In this document: positions 1 through 10,229 of the stretch, piece after piece
Position numbering within the stretch: the first letter of the stretch is position 1
How the letters are laid out: every line of letters begins with the position of its first letter
Assembly (NCBI GenBank): GCA_963801695.1
Contig: CAWDFV010000001.1
Coordinates: 206,335 to 270,334, forward strand
Direction of reading: 5' to 3'
Origin: an uncultured Acidimicrobiaceae bacterium
GTDB lineage: Bacteria > Actinomycetota > Acidimicrobiia > Acidimicrobiales > RAAP-2
DNA length: 64,000 nt
Notes under the pieces: generated by a model
The model's input: the letters and a program-made list of their open reading frames with translations, nothing else
Told to the model about the DNA's origin: nothing
Database searches by the model: none
Position numbers and translations under genes: made by a program

Positions 1-844
1 CCTTGGCCTCTCGTTCCGTGCTGCCAAGCACGGGGACGATGCCCGGGAGGATCTTGATGCCGTTGGGGTCACGTCCCTCTCGATGGGTCCGTGACTTCAG
101 GTCGCTATAGAAGGCCTGCGCGTCACCGAGGGTCTGTTGGGCGGTAAAGACCGCCTCGGCGTAGCGCGCCGCAAGGTCTTTGCCATCGTCCGATGAACCG
201 GCCTGGACCAAGAGGGGGTAGGCCTGCGGTGATCGCGGGCTGTTGAGCGCGCCGGCCACCGAGAAGTACTTGCCGTGGTGATCGGCCGGGTGGATCTTCG
301 CGTTGTCGCCCCAGACGCCACCTAGTTTGTCCGCGACGACGACGTCGTCCTCCCAACTGTCCCAGAGTTTGAGCGTGACGTCGATGAACTCAGCCGCCCG
401 CTCGTAGCGTTCGGCGTGCAGCGGCTGTTCGTCGACGCCGAAGTTGCGCGCCGCGTCCACGCCCGCGGTCGTGACGATGTTCCAGCCCGCGCGGCCATTG
501 CTCACGTGGTCCAACGCCGAGAAACGGCGCGCCAGATTGTAAGGCGAGTTGTAGGACGTCGACGCCGTGGCGATGAGGCCCACGTGCTCCGTGACCAACG
601 CCAGGGCGGTGAGCAGCGTCAACGGCTCGATCACACCCGAGGGACGTTGCGCGACGTTGCCGAACATGACTGGTCCGTCCGCGAGGAACAGGGAGTCAAA
701 AGTACCGCGTTCGGCGATCTGCGCCAGTCGTTGGAAGTGCTGCACACTGGTGGTGGCGACGGGATCGCTCTCCGGTAACCGCCACGACGCCTCGTGGTGG
801 CCGGTACCCATCAAGAATGCGTTGAGATGGAGCTGTCTAGTCAT
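1..844 (-). CDS. NtaA/DmoA/DszA-family FMN-dependent (luciferase-like) monooxygenase, 3' end outside window
   Basis: Absent from the ORF track. Manual translation from ATG 844 (RBS AAGGAGG) gives MTRQLHLNAFLMGTGHHEASWR...FDSLFLADG...GRAGWNIVTT...PLLVQAGSS; overlaps the stop of the ABC ATPase. Confidence 0.9.
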   Translation of the reverse strand, partial: MTRQLHLNAFLMGTGHHEASWRLPESDPVATTSVQHFQRLAQIAERGTFDSLFLADGPVMFGNVAQRPSGVIEPLTLLTALALVTEHVGLIATASTSYNSPYNLARRFSALDHVSNGRAGWNIVTTAGVDAARNFGVDEQPLHAERYERAAEFIDVTLKLWDSWEDDVVVADKLGGVWGDNAKIHPADHHGKYFSVAGALNSPRSPQAYPLLVQAGSSDDGKDLAARYAEAVFTAQQTLGDAQAFYSDLKSRTHREGRDPNGIKILPGIVPVLGSTEREAK

Positions 845-1677
845 CGTTGTTCCTCCTTGGTCGATGCTTCGTCGAGTAGCGACTCCGTGCGCGTCAGTGA
901 CGCCACCAGCGAGGTGAACGGCGCGCGCTCTTCCACACCCAGTTCGCGCAACAGTCGGTTACGCAGGTCGATGAACCTCGCGTCACCGCGGTTCCGGGGT
1001 CGCTCGATGTTGATGCGGACGTCGAGGGAGATGGCCCCGTCCACCAACACCGTGACGCGATCGGCCAAGAGGATCGCTTCGTCGACGTCGTGGGTGACGA
1101 GCAGGACCGCCGGTCGATGCAGCGCACAGAGTCGTTGGAGTAACGACTGCATCTTGATGCGCGTGAGCGCGTCCAGTGCGCCAAAGGGTTCGTCGAGCAA
1201 CATCAGTTGCGGCTCGCGCACGAGGGCTCGAGCCAGCGCGACGCGTTGCGCCTCACCGCCCGAGAGCGTGAGCGGCCGATCGTGCGCGTGCTCTTCGAGT
1301 TCGACTTCTCGCAGCGCGTCGCGTCCGCGCTCGCGTAACGCCGTGCGACCCACACGACGAGGACTCAGTCCGAGGACCACGTTCGCCAACACCCGCAACC
1401 ACGGCACCAGTCGGGCCTCTTGGAATACGACGGCCCGACGCTCGGGCACCAAAACGTCGCCCTCGTAGTCCGTGTCGAGGCCGCCGAGGATTCGCAGGAG
1501 CGTGCTCTTGCCACTGCCGCTACGCCCGAGCAGGGCAACGAACTCGTCGCCCTCGATGGTCAGGTTGACGTCGCGCAACACGTCGCGACCGTTGAAACTA
1601 CGCCGCACGTTCGACGCCACCACGGCCTCGCCGCGAATCGACTCGAGGGAGGTCGCGCGACCTTTCGCGTCACTCAT
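841..1677 (-). CDS. ssuB: Sulfonate/nitrate-type ABC transporter ATP-binding protein
   Basis: Walker A GRSGSGKS, LSGGE signature, LLDEPFGALD, VTHD; start at ATG 1677 overlaps permease stop (TGATG). Confidence 0.85.
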   Translation of the reverse strand: MSDAKGRATSLESIRGEAVVASNVRRSFNGRDVLRDVNLTIEGDEFVALLGRSGSGKSTLLRILGGLDTDYEGDVLVPERRAVVFQEARLVPWLRVLANVVLGLSPRRVGRTALRERGRDALREVELEEHAHDRPLTLSGGEAQRVALARALVREPQLMLLDEPFGALDALTRIKMQSLLQRLCALHRPAVLLVTHDVDEAILLADRVTVLVDGAISLDVRINIERPRNRGDARFIDLRNRLLRELGVEERAPFTSLVASLTRTESLLDEASTKEEQR

Positions 1678-2546
1678 CACGCCCCCACGAAGCCCCGACG
1701 CCACGACAGCAGTCGGCGTTCGAGCAGTCGGACGAGCGCGTCGGCGAGCAGTCCGAGTATCGCGTAGATGGCGAGCCCCATCATCATGATGTCGGTGCGG
1801 TCCGTCGTCTGGGCCTGCATGATGAGATAGCCGATGCCGCTCTGCGCGTTGATCTCCTCAGCGACGATGACGATGAGCCAACTCCCGACGAGGGCCAGGC
1901 GAAGTCCGACGAGGAAGTTGGGCAGGGCGCCGGGAAGGATGACGCGGCGCACGAGACCCCAACGTGTCAGGCCGAACGTCTCGCCCGCCTCCACGAGTTT
2001 CTGATCGACACTGCGGATACCGGCGAAGGTGTTGATGTAGATCGCGAAGGTCGAGCCGAGCGCGATGAGGAATATCTTGGGCATTTCGCCCACGCCGAAC
2101 CAGATGATCGCCAAGGGGACCAGGCCGAGGATCGGCACCGCGCGTGCCGCTTGGACGACGGGGTCGAGGAGATCCTCGCCGGCCCGAAAGAGCCCGGAGA
2201 GCACGGCGAGGGTGAGCCCAATGCCCACGCCCAGACCCAATCCCTCGAGCACGCGGCGAAGCGAGATCAACAGGTTCGGCAAGAGCACCCCCTGGACCGC
2301 GAGCTCGCGGCCGGCGTCAAAGACCGCGATCGGAGAGGCCACTTCGTAACTGGTGAAGACCCCGGCGGAGCAGACCACCTGCCACAGGATGATGACGGCG
2401 AGCGGTCCCACGATCCGTCGAACGGAGCGCGGGACGCGCGTGCGCACTCGACGACGTCGACGAAGGGTCGGTGCGGTCAGCACGATACCGCCCGGCGCCG
2501 TCAGGTCCGCTGCACGCTCCGGCGCTTCTACTTTGACGACGGACAT
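1677..2546 (-). CDS. ssuC: Sulfonate-type ABC transporter permease
   Basis: Multiple TM segments, EAA-like loop (LVEAGETFG...VILPGALP), RBS AAAGGAAG. Confidence 0.85.
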   Translation of the reverse strand: MSVVKVEAPERAADLTAPGGIVLTAPTLRRRRRVRTRVPRSVRRIVGPLAVIILWQVVCSAGVFTSYEVASPIAVFDAGRELAVQGVLLPNLLISLRRVLEGLGLGVGIGLTLAVLSGLFRAGEDLLDPVVQAARAVPILGLVPLAIIWFGVGEMPKIFLIALGSTFAIYINTFAGIRSVDQKLVEAGETFGLTRWGLVRRVILPGALPNFLVGLRLALVGSWLIVIVAEEINAQSGIGYLIMQAQTTDRTDIMMMGLAIYAILGLLADALVRLLERRLLSWRRGFVGA

Positions 2547-2636
2547 GGCGACTTCCTTTCTGGATGCTCGGGCGTGCGTAATGCACGACGGTGATCGAAG
2601 GACGTGGTCGTTGCTACGACACGTCGCCGTCGGTCG

Positions 2637-3710
2637 TTAGCCAACTTGGTGGTTCGTTTTGAGGATCTTGTTGTAGCGCGTGGAGACCGCCGTCGAGAAG
2701 AGCGCCCCGACTTTGAAGCTGTTGGGGATGGCACCGGCATTGGCCAAGAGGTCCACGACGTTTTGCAGTGCGTTCTCTTCTGAACCGTTGAGGTCGACGT
2801 ACTTGTACGTCCCGCCAGCGGCCAGGATGAGTTGCGCCTCAGCCGTCGTCAGGTGAAAGAGGTTCACGTAGTAGTCGGTCACGTACGTGTTCTGGTGGGT
2901 CTTGACCCAGTTCTCGGCCTTGATGAGGCGCACGGTGAAGTCGGCGATGGCCGCGGCCTTCGCTTTGTTCTGCAACGCGGCGTTCGTGGCCAGCATGTAG
3001 TCGTAACTCGCGGGCTTCACCGTCTGCTGCGTCGCCAGGACGACGGCGCCTGGATTGGCCTGTTCGTACTCGACCTTCTGCTCGACGCTCACGACCGACG
3101 CCACGGCGGCGCCAGTCTGCAGCACCGTGCCGAGCTGGTCGAGCGCCACGTTCACCTGCGTCACGTCCTTTTGCGTGAGCCCGGCGGTTGCGAGCGCGCG
3201 AAGCGCGAAGGCCTGCTCGGCCGTGCCCGTCGTGTACCCGACCGTCTGACCCTTCAACTGCGAGATCGAGGTGATGCCGGGCTTGGCGAGGAGGAACTCC
3301 GAGGCGCCGATGGGTAACATCGCGACGACGGCCTTCACGGGCAGACCAGACTGGACCGCGAGGGCGGCGGGCAAGTCGCCCATGAAGCCGACGTCAATCT
3401 GGTGAGCGGCGAAGCCGGCGTTCACGAGAGGGCCACTGTCGAACTCCACGAAGTTGACCTTGTAGTGCGCACCCTTCAGGGCCCCCGAGTCCTGGAGTGC
3501 GGACTCGAGGAACTGCTCCTGGTCGCCGACGTTGAGCACGGTACCCGAGGGGAACTTGAAGCTCGTGGTGGTCGTCGGCGACGCCTGGGCGTGACTACCT
3601 CCGAACCCCACTAACGAGAAGGCAATGAGGGCCAAAACGACAAACGATCCGAGGATCCGGCGAGGTGAGATGATCAAAACTGCTTTGTTTGTATGGGTAG
3701 TTGAGGTCAT
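2637..3710 (-). CDS. ssuA: Aliphatic-sulfonate-type ABC substrate-binding protein
   Basis: Signal peptide ending AQA; FVEFDSGP...IDVGFMGDLP and LKGQTVGYTTGT motifs; first gene of the ABC operon. Start codon uncertain (3710 or 3722). Confidence 0.75.
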   Translation of the reverse strand: MTSTTHTNKAVLIISPRRILGSFVVLALIAFSLVGFGGSHAQASPTTTTSFKFPSGTVLNVGDQEQFLESALQDSGALKGAHYKVNFVEFDSGPLVNAGFAAHQIDVGFMGDLPAALAVQSGLPVKAVVAMLPIGASEFLLAKPGITSISQLKGQTVGYTTGTAEQAFALRALATAGLTQKDVTQVNVALDQLGTVLQTGAAVASVVSVEQKVEYEQANPGAVVLATQQTVKPASYDYMLATNAALQNKAKAAAIADFTVRLIKAENWVKTHQNTYVTDYYVNLFHLTTAEAQLILAAGGTYKYVDLNGSEENALQNVVDLLANAGAIPNSFKVGALFSTAVSTRYNKILKTNHQVG

Positions 3711-3730
3711 GGGTGGAGACAATACCTGAC

Positions 3731-3755
3731 TATTTCCATAAAGTCAATAGAAATA
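3731..3755. promoter_or_regulatory. AT-rich imperfect palindrome in the divergent ssuA/OYE promoter region
   Basis: TATTTCCAT-N7-ATAGAAATA (8/9 arm match) in an AT-rich spacer. Confidence 0.45.
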
Positions 3756-3794
3756 CTAGGATAACGATTCATGACTACCGCTGTGGAGGTTTCA

Positions 3795-4883
3795 ATGACG
3801 TCAACCCTCTGGCAACCGATCGATCTCGGGGCCATCCATCTCGATCATCGACTCGCCATGGCGCCGATGACGCGGGCACGTTCGACGCCGGACGGTGTGC
3901 CCACCGAGATGAACGCCACGTACTACGCGCAACGCGCGTCGATGGCCGTCATCATCACTGAGGGCACGCAGCCGTCCGAAGACGGTCAGGGCTATCCCCT
4001 GACGCCGGGCATCTTCAACGCGGCCCAAGTCGCCGGTTGGCGACGGGTGACCGACGCCGTCCACGAGGTCGGCGGCAAGATCATCATTCAATTGATGCAC
4101 ACCGGACGAATCGCACACCCCCTCAACACGCGCCACGGTCGTCAGCCCGTCGCGCCGTCACGGGTGAAACCAGCCGGGCAGATGTTCACGTCGGTGGGCA
4201 CGTTCGAGATGCCGCCGCCGCGCGCGCTCTCCGAGGATGACGTCGCCGCAACGCTCCGCGATCACCGACACGCGGCCGCGTCGGCGATGGAAGCCGGCGC
4301 CGACGGCGTGGAGATCCACGCGGCCAACGGCTACCTCCTCCATCAGTTCCTCTCCAGCAACGCGAACCAACGCACTGACCGATACGGCGGCGCGATCGAG
4401 AACCGGATCCGATTCACCCTCGACGTCGCGACAGGCGTTGCCGAAGAGATCGGCGGCGATCGCACCGGCATCGTCATCTCGCCGGGCAATCCACTCAACG
4501 ACATCGTCGAAGACGACACGGCGGCGTTGTACACGGCGCTCGTGCGGTTGCTGGCGCCACTCGGCCTCGCGTACCTCAACGTCGTGCACGGCGGCAACGA
4601 AGACCTCATTGGTTCTATTCGTCGCGACTGGTCATCGCGGCTGTTGTTGAATCGTCGCGGCGCCGACCTCGAGACCCGCATCCGCGACGTGGAGAGTGGC
4701 CTGGCCGACGTGATCACCGTCGGAACGCAGACCATCGCGAATCCTGACCTCGTTGAGCGGATCAAGCGCGGTGCGCCACTCAATGATGCGGACCGATCAA
4801 CGTTCTACGGTGGCGATGAGCGCGGCTACGTTGACTATCCGACGCTGCAGGAGGCCACGTCCTCCGCCTACTCAATGCAGTAG
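3795..4883 (+). CDS. Old yellow enzyme family alkene reductase (NemA-like)
   Basis: MAPMTR, QLMHTGR, catalytic EIHAANGYLLHQF, NQRTDRYGG, FYGG...GYVDYP; RBS GGAGG before ATG 3795. Confidence 0.92.
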   Translation: MTSTLWQPIDLGAIHLDHRLAMAPMTRARSTPDGVPTEMNATYYAQRASMAVIITEGTQPSEDGQGYPLTPGIFNAAQVAGWRRVTDAVHEVGGKIIIQLMHTGRIAHPLNTRHGRQPVAPSRVKPAGQMFTSVGTFEMPPPRALSEDDVAATLRDHRHAAASAMEAGADGVEIHAANGYLLHQFLSSNANQRTDRYGGAIENRIRFTLDVATGVAEEIGGDRTGIVISPGNPLNDIVEDDTAALYTALVRLLAPLGLAYLNVVHGGNEDLIGSIRRDWSSRLLLNRRGADLETRIRDVESGLADVITVGTQTIANPDLVERIKRGAPLNDADRSTFYGGDERGYVDYPTLQEATSSAYSMQ

Positions 4884-4893
4884 GGCATCGTGA

Positions 4894-5400
4894 TCACCTC
4901 GGCGGTTGCGTGCACAGTGTGCTGAGCTTGTCGAGCGACGCAGCCATGCCCTCGAGCCAGTCCCTCCCATCGCGCACGGCTTCTCTGATCTCCAAAGGCG
5001 CCGCAGAGCAATCGAACGTCTCGGTGACCACCGTTGCGTCAGGGCCATCCGGGACGAGTTCGAACATCCAGCGGTAACCCTGTTCCGCGCCGATCGGCAG
5101 ACCGCCGATCTCGACAGCGCCTTGATCGCCCGGTCGCGGTTCCCAAGCGATTCGACGATTCAACTCAAGGGCCACGACGACGTTCAACATCTTGTAGTCA
5201 CCGAGGTCCGGAAGGCACATCTTCATCAAGAAGGTGTCACCAACCTGCTTCAACACCTTCGGCGATTCACTTCCTCGAAGCATCCCCGATCCATCGAACG
5301 CTGCGTGACGAACCGGATCGGTCAGTACCTCGAAAATCACCTGCGGAAGAGCATCGACTCTCCGCGACACTCGAACTATCCCTCGATGCTGCTCTTCCAT
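4894..5400 (-). CDS. SRPBCC/polyketide cyclase family protein
   Basis: IFEVLTDPVRHAAFDGSGML...RIAWEP...W.F.L...TVVTETFD; RBS AAGGAGG before ATG 5400. Confidence 0.8.
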   Translation of the reverse strand: MEEQHRGIVRVSRRVDALPQVIFEVLTDPVRHAAFDGSGMLRGSESPKVLKQVGDTFLMKMCLPDLGDYKMLNVVVALELNRRIAWEPRPGDQGAVEIGGLPIGAEQGYRWMFELVPDGPDATVVTETFDCSAAPLEIREAVRDGRDWLEGMAASLDKLSTLCTQPPR

Positions 5401-5597
5401 CGCATACCTCCTTTGCTGGCGAACACCACTCGGTCTGTTCATCCGTCGACTCAGCTGTCAATGGATTCGATATGACTGCAGACTCCGTTCGGGGCACGAA
5501 GTAATCGCAACACCTCATGGAGCCGACACCTCGTGACGTCCGAACGTCGGGACGCGAGTGATACTTTCGAAACGTTCGGTCATAAGGAGTCAGGGCC

Positions 5598-6158
5598 ATG
5601 ATCCAACCATCGGTTTCAGAGTCGCGCGACATCGACGCACCCGCGGCTCGAATCTTCTCGATTCTGTCCGATCCTGCGATGCACCCGGCGGTGGATGGCA
5701 CGGGAATGTTGCGCTCAGCGGCTGACAACGGTCACCTCACCACTGTCGGAGACGTGTTCAACATCGAAATGGTTCACTGGCACCTAGGGAACTACGTGAT
5801 GGCCAATCACGTCGTCGAGTTTGAACAAGATCGACTCATCGGGTGGGAGCCCGTCGTCTACTCGTACGAAGACCCTGAGTACGAGCAGTCCGTCGGTCAT
5901 CCCGGTCTCCGCGAATGGGGATGGCACCTGGAACCCTTGAGTCACGAGAGAACTCGGGTGACCGCATTCTTCGAGGGCTCTCGTTTACCGGAAGAACTCC
6001 GCAAGTTCATCGCGGAGGGCGAGTTTTGGCGACCAGCGATGGTGACGAGTCTGGACAACCTCGAACGACTCGTACATCACCCTGCGCTGAAGGGTGAGCT
6101 TCCTCAGTCAGAAACTGCGACGCCGTTCGTAGAACTGTTTCGCAATTCGTCGAACTGA
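5598..6158 (+). CDS. SRPBCC family protein (paralog of the divergent neighbour)
   Basis: IFSILSDPAMHPAVDGTGML...LIGWEP...WGWHLEP; AAGGAG upstream. Confidence 0.8.
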   Translation: MIQPSVSESRDIDAPAARIFSILSDPAMHPAVDGTGMLRSAADNGHLTTVGDVFNIEMVHWHLGNYVMANHVVEFEQDRLIGWEPVVYSYEDPEYEQSVGHPGLREWGWHLEPLSHERTRVTAFFEGSRLPEELRKFIAEGEFWRPAMVTSLDNLERLVHHPALKGELPQSETATPFVELFRNSSN

Positions 6159-6216
6159 CGTTCACGCACGTTCTTTTTTTCAGACCGACCGAACGCACTT
6201 CGTTCTGGGGCTGAGT

Positions 6217-7662
6217 TCAACCGCCGTTGCCCTCTTCTCGTGCGTGCATCGGGAGTCGAAAGACAAGCGCGAAGGCAAGCGCGAGTGGCACGACACAGAC
6301 CCAGGCCGTGACCCGCAGTGCGTCGGTCGGGAGGTGATGACCGAAGGTCGAGAAGAAAATAGTGCCCAGGACGGCAACGCCCAGCGCCGTCGACAGTTGT
6401 TGGACGGCTTCCAGGACACCGGACGCCGAACCGACCTCTTCCATGGTCACGCTGCTGAGGATGAACTGGAAGAGCTGTCCGATGCTGGCACCGACACCGG
6501 CGCCGATCAACAGCAGGCTCGGCACGAGGTCCCCGCTGGTGGCGGTCGTCGCGTTCGTGAGCAACAACGCCAGCCAGACGGCACCAACGACGATGAGCAG
6601 GATCCCCATGTGCAACACGTGGCGACCGAGTCGCCTGACGAGCGCCAGGGAGCCGAGCATCCCGAAGATCATTCCCACCACCATCGGTGTCAACGTCAGA
6701 CCGGCGTGAATTGGTGACCATCCCTCACCGAGTTGGCCGAAGAGCGAGACGCAGAGGATAAGTCCACCGAAGGCACCGAAGAGGGCCAGGGCGACGGCGA
6801 TGCCGCTGAGGTACGTGTGGTTGCGCAGCAACGTGGGTTCGATGAGTGCGTTCGGCCCACGACGTCGCTCGTAGCCCAAGAAGGCGAACAAGAGGAGCAC
6901 ACCGACTGCGAGGAGCGCGAAACACCACGCGGGCCACCCTTCAGCGCGACCTTCGATAAGCGGGTAGATGATCGCGACGAGGGCACCGCCGATGAGCCAG
7001 ACCCCGCCGAGATCGAGCTTGACGTTCGGGTGCGAGGCACCACGCGGCAGCGACCGAATCGCGAGAGCCATCGTGAGCGCGCCGATCGGCAGGTTGATGA
7101 GAAAGACCAAGCGCCAGCCCACATTCCAGAGATTGGCGTCGATGAGGGCGCCGGCGAGGACCGGTGCACCGAGCATCGCCACGCCGGTGGCGGGTCCGAA
7201 GAAACCCATCACCTTGTTGAACTCGACGTCATCGACGAACACCTGTTTCGCCAGACCGAAGCCCTGGGGGATCATCAGCGCGCCGAATGCACCTTGCAGT
7301 ACTCGAAAACCGATCAGCACGCCGATGCCCGGCGCCACCGCACAGGCGGTCGAGAATAGTGTGAACCCGGCTGAGCCAATGAGAAAGAGACGGCGGCGAC
7401 CGAAGATATCGCCGAGTCGCGCTCCCGCGATCAACAAGACCGCGAACGCCAAGGTGTAGCCGGCGCTCAGCCACTGCAGCGTGCTTGGTCCGCCGCCGAG
7501 GTTGCGGTGGATCGACGGGCCCGCGACGTTGACGATCGTGGCGTCGAGCAGGTCCATGAGATTGGCGGCCAAGACGACGCCGGCGACGACCCAACGCAGT
7601 CGATAAGGCGCGGCAGTCGAGGTGTGGACAGGCGTGGAAACGGAGAGTGGCGCATTATCCAT
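6217..7662 (-). CDS. DHA2-type MFS efflux transporter
   Basis: MDLLDATIVNVA, GARLGDIFGRRR, WRLVFLINLPIG; RBS AAGGAGG before ATG 7662. Confidence 0.9.
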   Translation of the reverse strand: MDNAPLSVSTPVHTSTAAPYRLRWVVAGVVLAANLMDLLDATIVNVAGPSIHRNLGGGPSTLQWLSAGYTLAFAVLLIAGARLGDIFGRRRLFLIGSAGFTLFSTACAVAPGIGVLIGFRVLQGAFGALMIPQGFGLAKQVFVDDVEFNKVMGFFGPATGVAMLGAPVLAGALIDANLWNVGWRLVFLINLPIGALTMALAIRSLPRGASHPNVKLDLGGVWLIGGALVAIIYPLIEGRAEGWPAWCFALLAVGVLLLFAFLGYERRRGPNALIEPTLLRNHTYLSGIAVALALFGAFGGLILCVSLFGQLGEGWSPIHAGLTLTPMVVGMIFGMLGSLALVRRLGRHVLHMGILLIVVGAVWLALLLTNATTATSGDLVPSLLLIGAGVGASIGQLFQFILSSVTMEEVGSASGVLEAVQQLSTALGVAVLGTIFFSTFGHHLPTDALRVTAWVCVVPLALAFALVFRLPMHAREEGNGG

Positions 7663-7722
7663 GTGGTCCTCCTTCGGACGAAACGAGTGATTCCAACGGG
7701 AAATGGTTGTCGTACAACGTTC

Positions 7723-7759
7723 GACACGAACACTGTACGTTACGGACAGTGTTCGTGTC
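7723..7759. promoter_or_regulatory. Long inverted repeat, probable TetR operator
   Basis: Perfect 14-bp arms GACACGAACACTGT...ACAGTGTTCGTGTC around a near-palindromic core, between divergent MFS and TetR genes. Confidence 0.8.
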
Positions 7760-7777
7760 AAATGCTAGTATTGCCCT

Positions 7778-8497
7778 ATGTCCCTCGCCGACGGAGCACC
7801 TCAAGATTCCGCACTGCGAAGTCGTTCGACCCGTGATCGCCCCGCGAAATCGCCGCTCAGCGTTGATGCCATCGTCGACGCCGCTTTGGCGATCCTCAAA
7901 AACGACGGCCTCGACGCGGTCACCATGCGCCGAGTCGCGGCGGCACTGGACACCGGCGCCGCGTCGCTCTACGTCTACGTCGCGGGTCGCGAAGGTCTGC
8001 AGCTGGCGATGTTGGACCGCGTCACGACCGAGGTCACCCTCGAGACTCCGGATCCTTCTCGCTGGCGTGAACAGGTGCATGGTCTGCTCTCGCGCATGCA
8101 CACCACGCTCGTCGCCTATCCCGGCATCGCCGCGATGACGCTCGCCTATCCACCGATGACTGACGCCGTACTCCTCGTGACCGAGAACCTGCTCGGCATC
8201 TTGCTCGCGGGGGGCATCGAACCGCAGGACGCCGCGTGGGCCTGCGACCTCTTCGTGCTCCTCGTGACCGGCGTCGCCAGCGAAGACGACGTGCGACACG
8301 TTCGCGGTGAGACGAAGCACGACCACCGCGCGCAGATCGACGCACTCGAGAAGACCTTCGCGGGCATGGCACCAGATCGTTTCCCCCTCCTCGTCGCCCA
8401 CGCCACCCAGATGGTCGCCGGCGACAGTGACGAGCGATTTCGCTTCGCCGTTGACGTGATCATCGACGGCGTCCTCGCGAGGGCGGCGCGGCGTTAA
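7778..8497 (+). CDS. TetR/AcrR family regulator (TetR_C-type)
   Basis: HTH GLDAVTMRRVAAALDTGAASLYVYV; C-terminal RFRFAVDVIIDG. Confidence 0.9.
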   Translation: MSLADGAPQDSALRSRSTRDRPAKSPLSVDAIVDAALAILKNDGLDAVTMRRVAAALDTGAASLYVYVAGREGLQLAMLDRVTTEVTLETPDPSRWREQVHGLLSRMHTTLVAYPGIAAMTLAYPPMTDAVLLVTENLLGILLAGGIEPQDAAWACDLFVLLVTGVASEDDVRHVRGETKHDHRAQIDALEKTFAGMAPDRFPLLVAHATQMVAGDSDERFRFAVDVIIDGVLARAARR

Positions 8498-8639
8498 CGC
8501 ACGTTAGGAATCACGCGCGTGCCTCGACGTGGGCCACGCTGCGCACAGAGTCACGCGACGTCGCACCCCGTGCTCGCGGAGCGCGTTCGGCATATCCTCT
8601 CTAGGTGGAAATCCTCCACCGCTCATTCGGCCCCGCTCG

Positions 8640-10223
8640 GTGACCGCCAACGCGACGTCGACGTGGGCCCCACTCCGGGTCGCGGTCTTTCGCTGGTTGT
8701 GGCTGGCGTCGCTCGTCAGCAACGTCGGCGCCTGGATGCAGACCGTCGGCGCCCAGTGGCTTCTCGTGCATGCCGCGAACGCCGCCATCCTCGTCTCACT
8801 GGTCCAGACCGCCGACATGCTCCCCGACGTCCTGTTCGCCATCGTCGGGGGCGTCCTCGCTGACATTCTCGACCGACGACGACTGATCATCTCGGTCCAA
8901 CTCGGTCTCGCGGTCGCCGGCGCTCTGTTGACCGCGTTCACCATCGCGGGACATATCTCACCGGCGTTGCTGCTGATGTTCACGTTCATCATCGGTTCCG
9001 GTTCGGTCTTCATCACGCCGGCCTATCAGTCACTCGTGCCCGAACTCGTGCCGCGCGACGACGTCCCCTCGGCCGTGCAGCTCAACTCCATCAACGTCAA
9101 CATCGCACGCGCGGTCGGTCCGGGAATCGCCGGCATCGTCATCGCCCACTTCGGGGTCGGCGCGGACTTCGCGGTCAACGCGGGAACCTTCCTCGTCTAC
9201 GCCCTCGTCGTGGCGTTCTGGCGACCACCGGCGAACCTCGCGCCGCAGCTTCCGGAGCGTTTCATGTCCGCGCTGCGTGCCGGCGGCCGTTACGTCCGCT
9301 ATTCGCCGATCGTGCGGCGAATCCTGCTGCGCGCCACACTCTTCCTCGTCCCGGCGAGCGCGCTGTGGGGACTGTTGCCGCTCGTGGCCAGTCGTCGTCT
9401 CGGCCTCGGTCCGGGCGGTTACGGTCTCCTGCTCGGCGCGCTCGGCGTCGGCGCCATCGCGGGCGCGACGTTCATGTCCACATTGCGCGCCAAGGCGTCG
9501 GCCAACCAGATCGTCGCGCTCTCGGGTGCGTTCTTCTGCGTCGCCTTCGTCGTGGTGGCGCTGCTCCACACGACTCTCGGCGACGTCGTCATCCTGGTCC
9601 CCACCGGCGCGACCTGGGTCTGGATGCTCGCGACGCTGAACACGTCTCTCCAGCTGTTCTTGCCCGCGTGGGTCCGAGCCCGCGGGCTCTCGATCTACCA
9701 GATGGTCCTCTTCGGCGCGCAGGGTCTGGGTGCTGTCGTCTGGGGTGTGATCGCCGACGCCTACGGACTCACCGTGGCGTTCATCGCGGCGGCCGCGGTG
9801 CTCGCCGTGGGCACCGCGTCGCTTCGCCGTTGGCCGTTGTTCGACACGGCCAACATGGACCGCAGCGTCGTCGTGCGACCGGACCCTGATTTCGAGATCG
9901 CCGACACCGACGAGGGACGCGTCGTCGTGGTGACGACCTATACGGTCCCGCCCGAGAACGAAGAGGAGTTCAAGCGCGCCATGATTCGCGTGCGCGAGTC
10001 GCGCTACCGAACGGGTGCCACCGAGTGGGGCCTCTATCGCAACGGTGAGCAGCCGGGTGACTTCGAGGAGATCTTCGTCGTGGCCTCGTGGGACGAACAC
10101 CTGCGCCAACACCGTGAACGACTCACGCCGGCCGACCGGGACTTCGAAGACGCGGCCAAGGCCCTCTCGACGACACCGCCGCGAACGCAACACCTGCTCT
10201 CGACCGAGGTCGACCGTAACTAG
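8640..10223 (+). CDS. MFS_3-type transporter with soluble C-terminal domain
   Basis: FRWLWLASLVSNVGAWMQTVGAQW, GGVLADILDRRR, C-terminal SWDEHLRQHRER; GTG start at 8640 inferred. Confidence 0.85.
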   Translation: MTANATSTWAPLRVAVFRWLWLASLVSNVGAWMQTVGAQWLLVHAANAAILVSLVQTADMLPDVLFAIVGGVLADILDRRRLIISVQLGLAVAGALLTAFTIAGHISPALLLMFTFIIGSGSVFITPAYQSLVPELVPRDDVPSAVQLNSINVNIARAVGPGIAGIVIAHFGVGADFAVNAGTFLVYALVVAFWRPPANLAPQLPERFMSALRAGGRYVRYSPIVRRILLRATLFLVPASALWGLLPLVASRRLGLGPGGYGLLLGALGVGAIAGATFMSTLRAKASANQIVALSGAFFCVAFVVVALLHTTLGDVVILVPTGATWVWMLATLNTSLQLFLPAWVRARGLSIYQMVLFGAQGLGAVVWGVIADAYGLTVAFIAAAAVLAVGTASLRRWPLFDTANMDRSVVVRPDPDFEIADTDEGRVVVVTTYTVPPENEEEFKRAMIRVRESRYRTGATEWGLYRNGEQPGDFEEIFVVASWDEHLRQHRERLTPADRDFEDAAKALSTTPPRTQHLLSTEVDRN

Positions 10224-10229
10224 TCGGCG

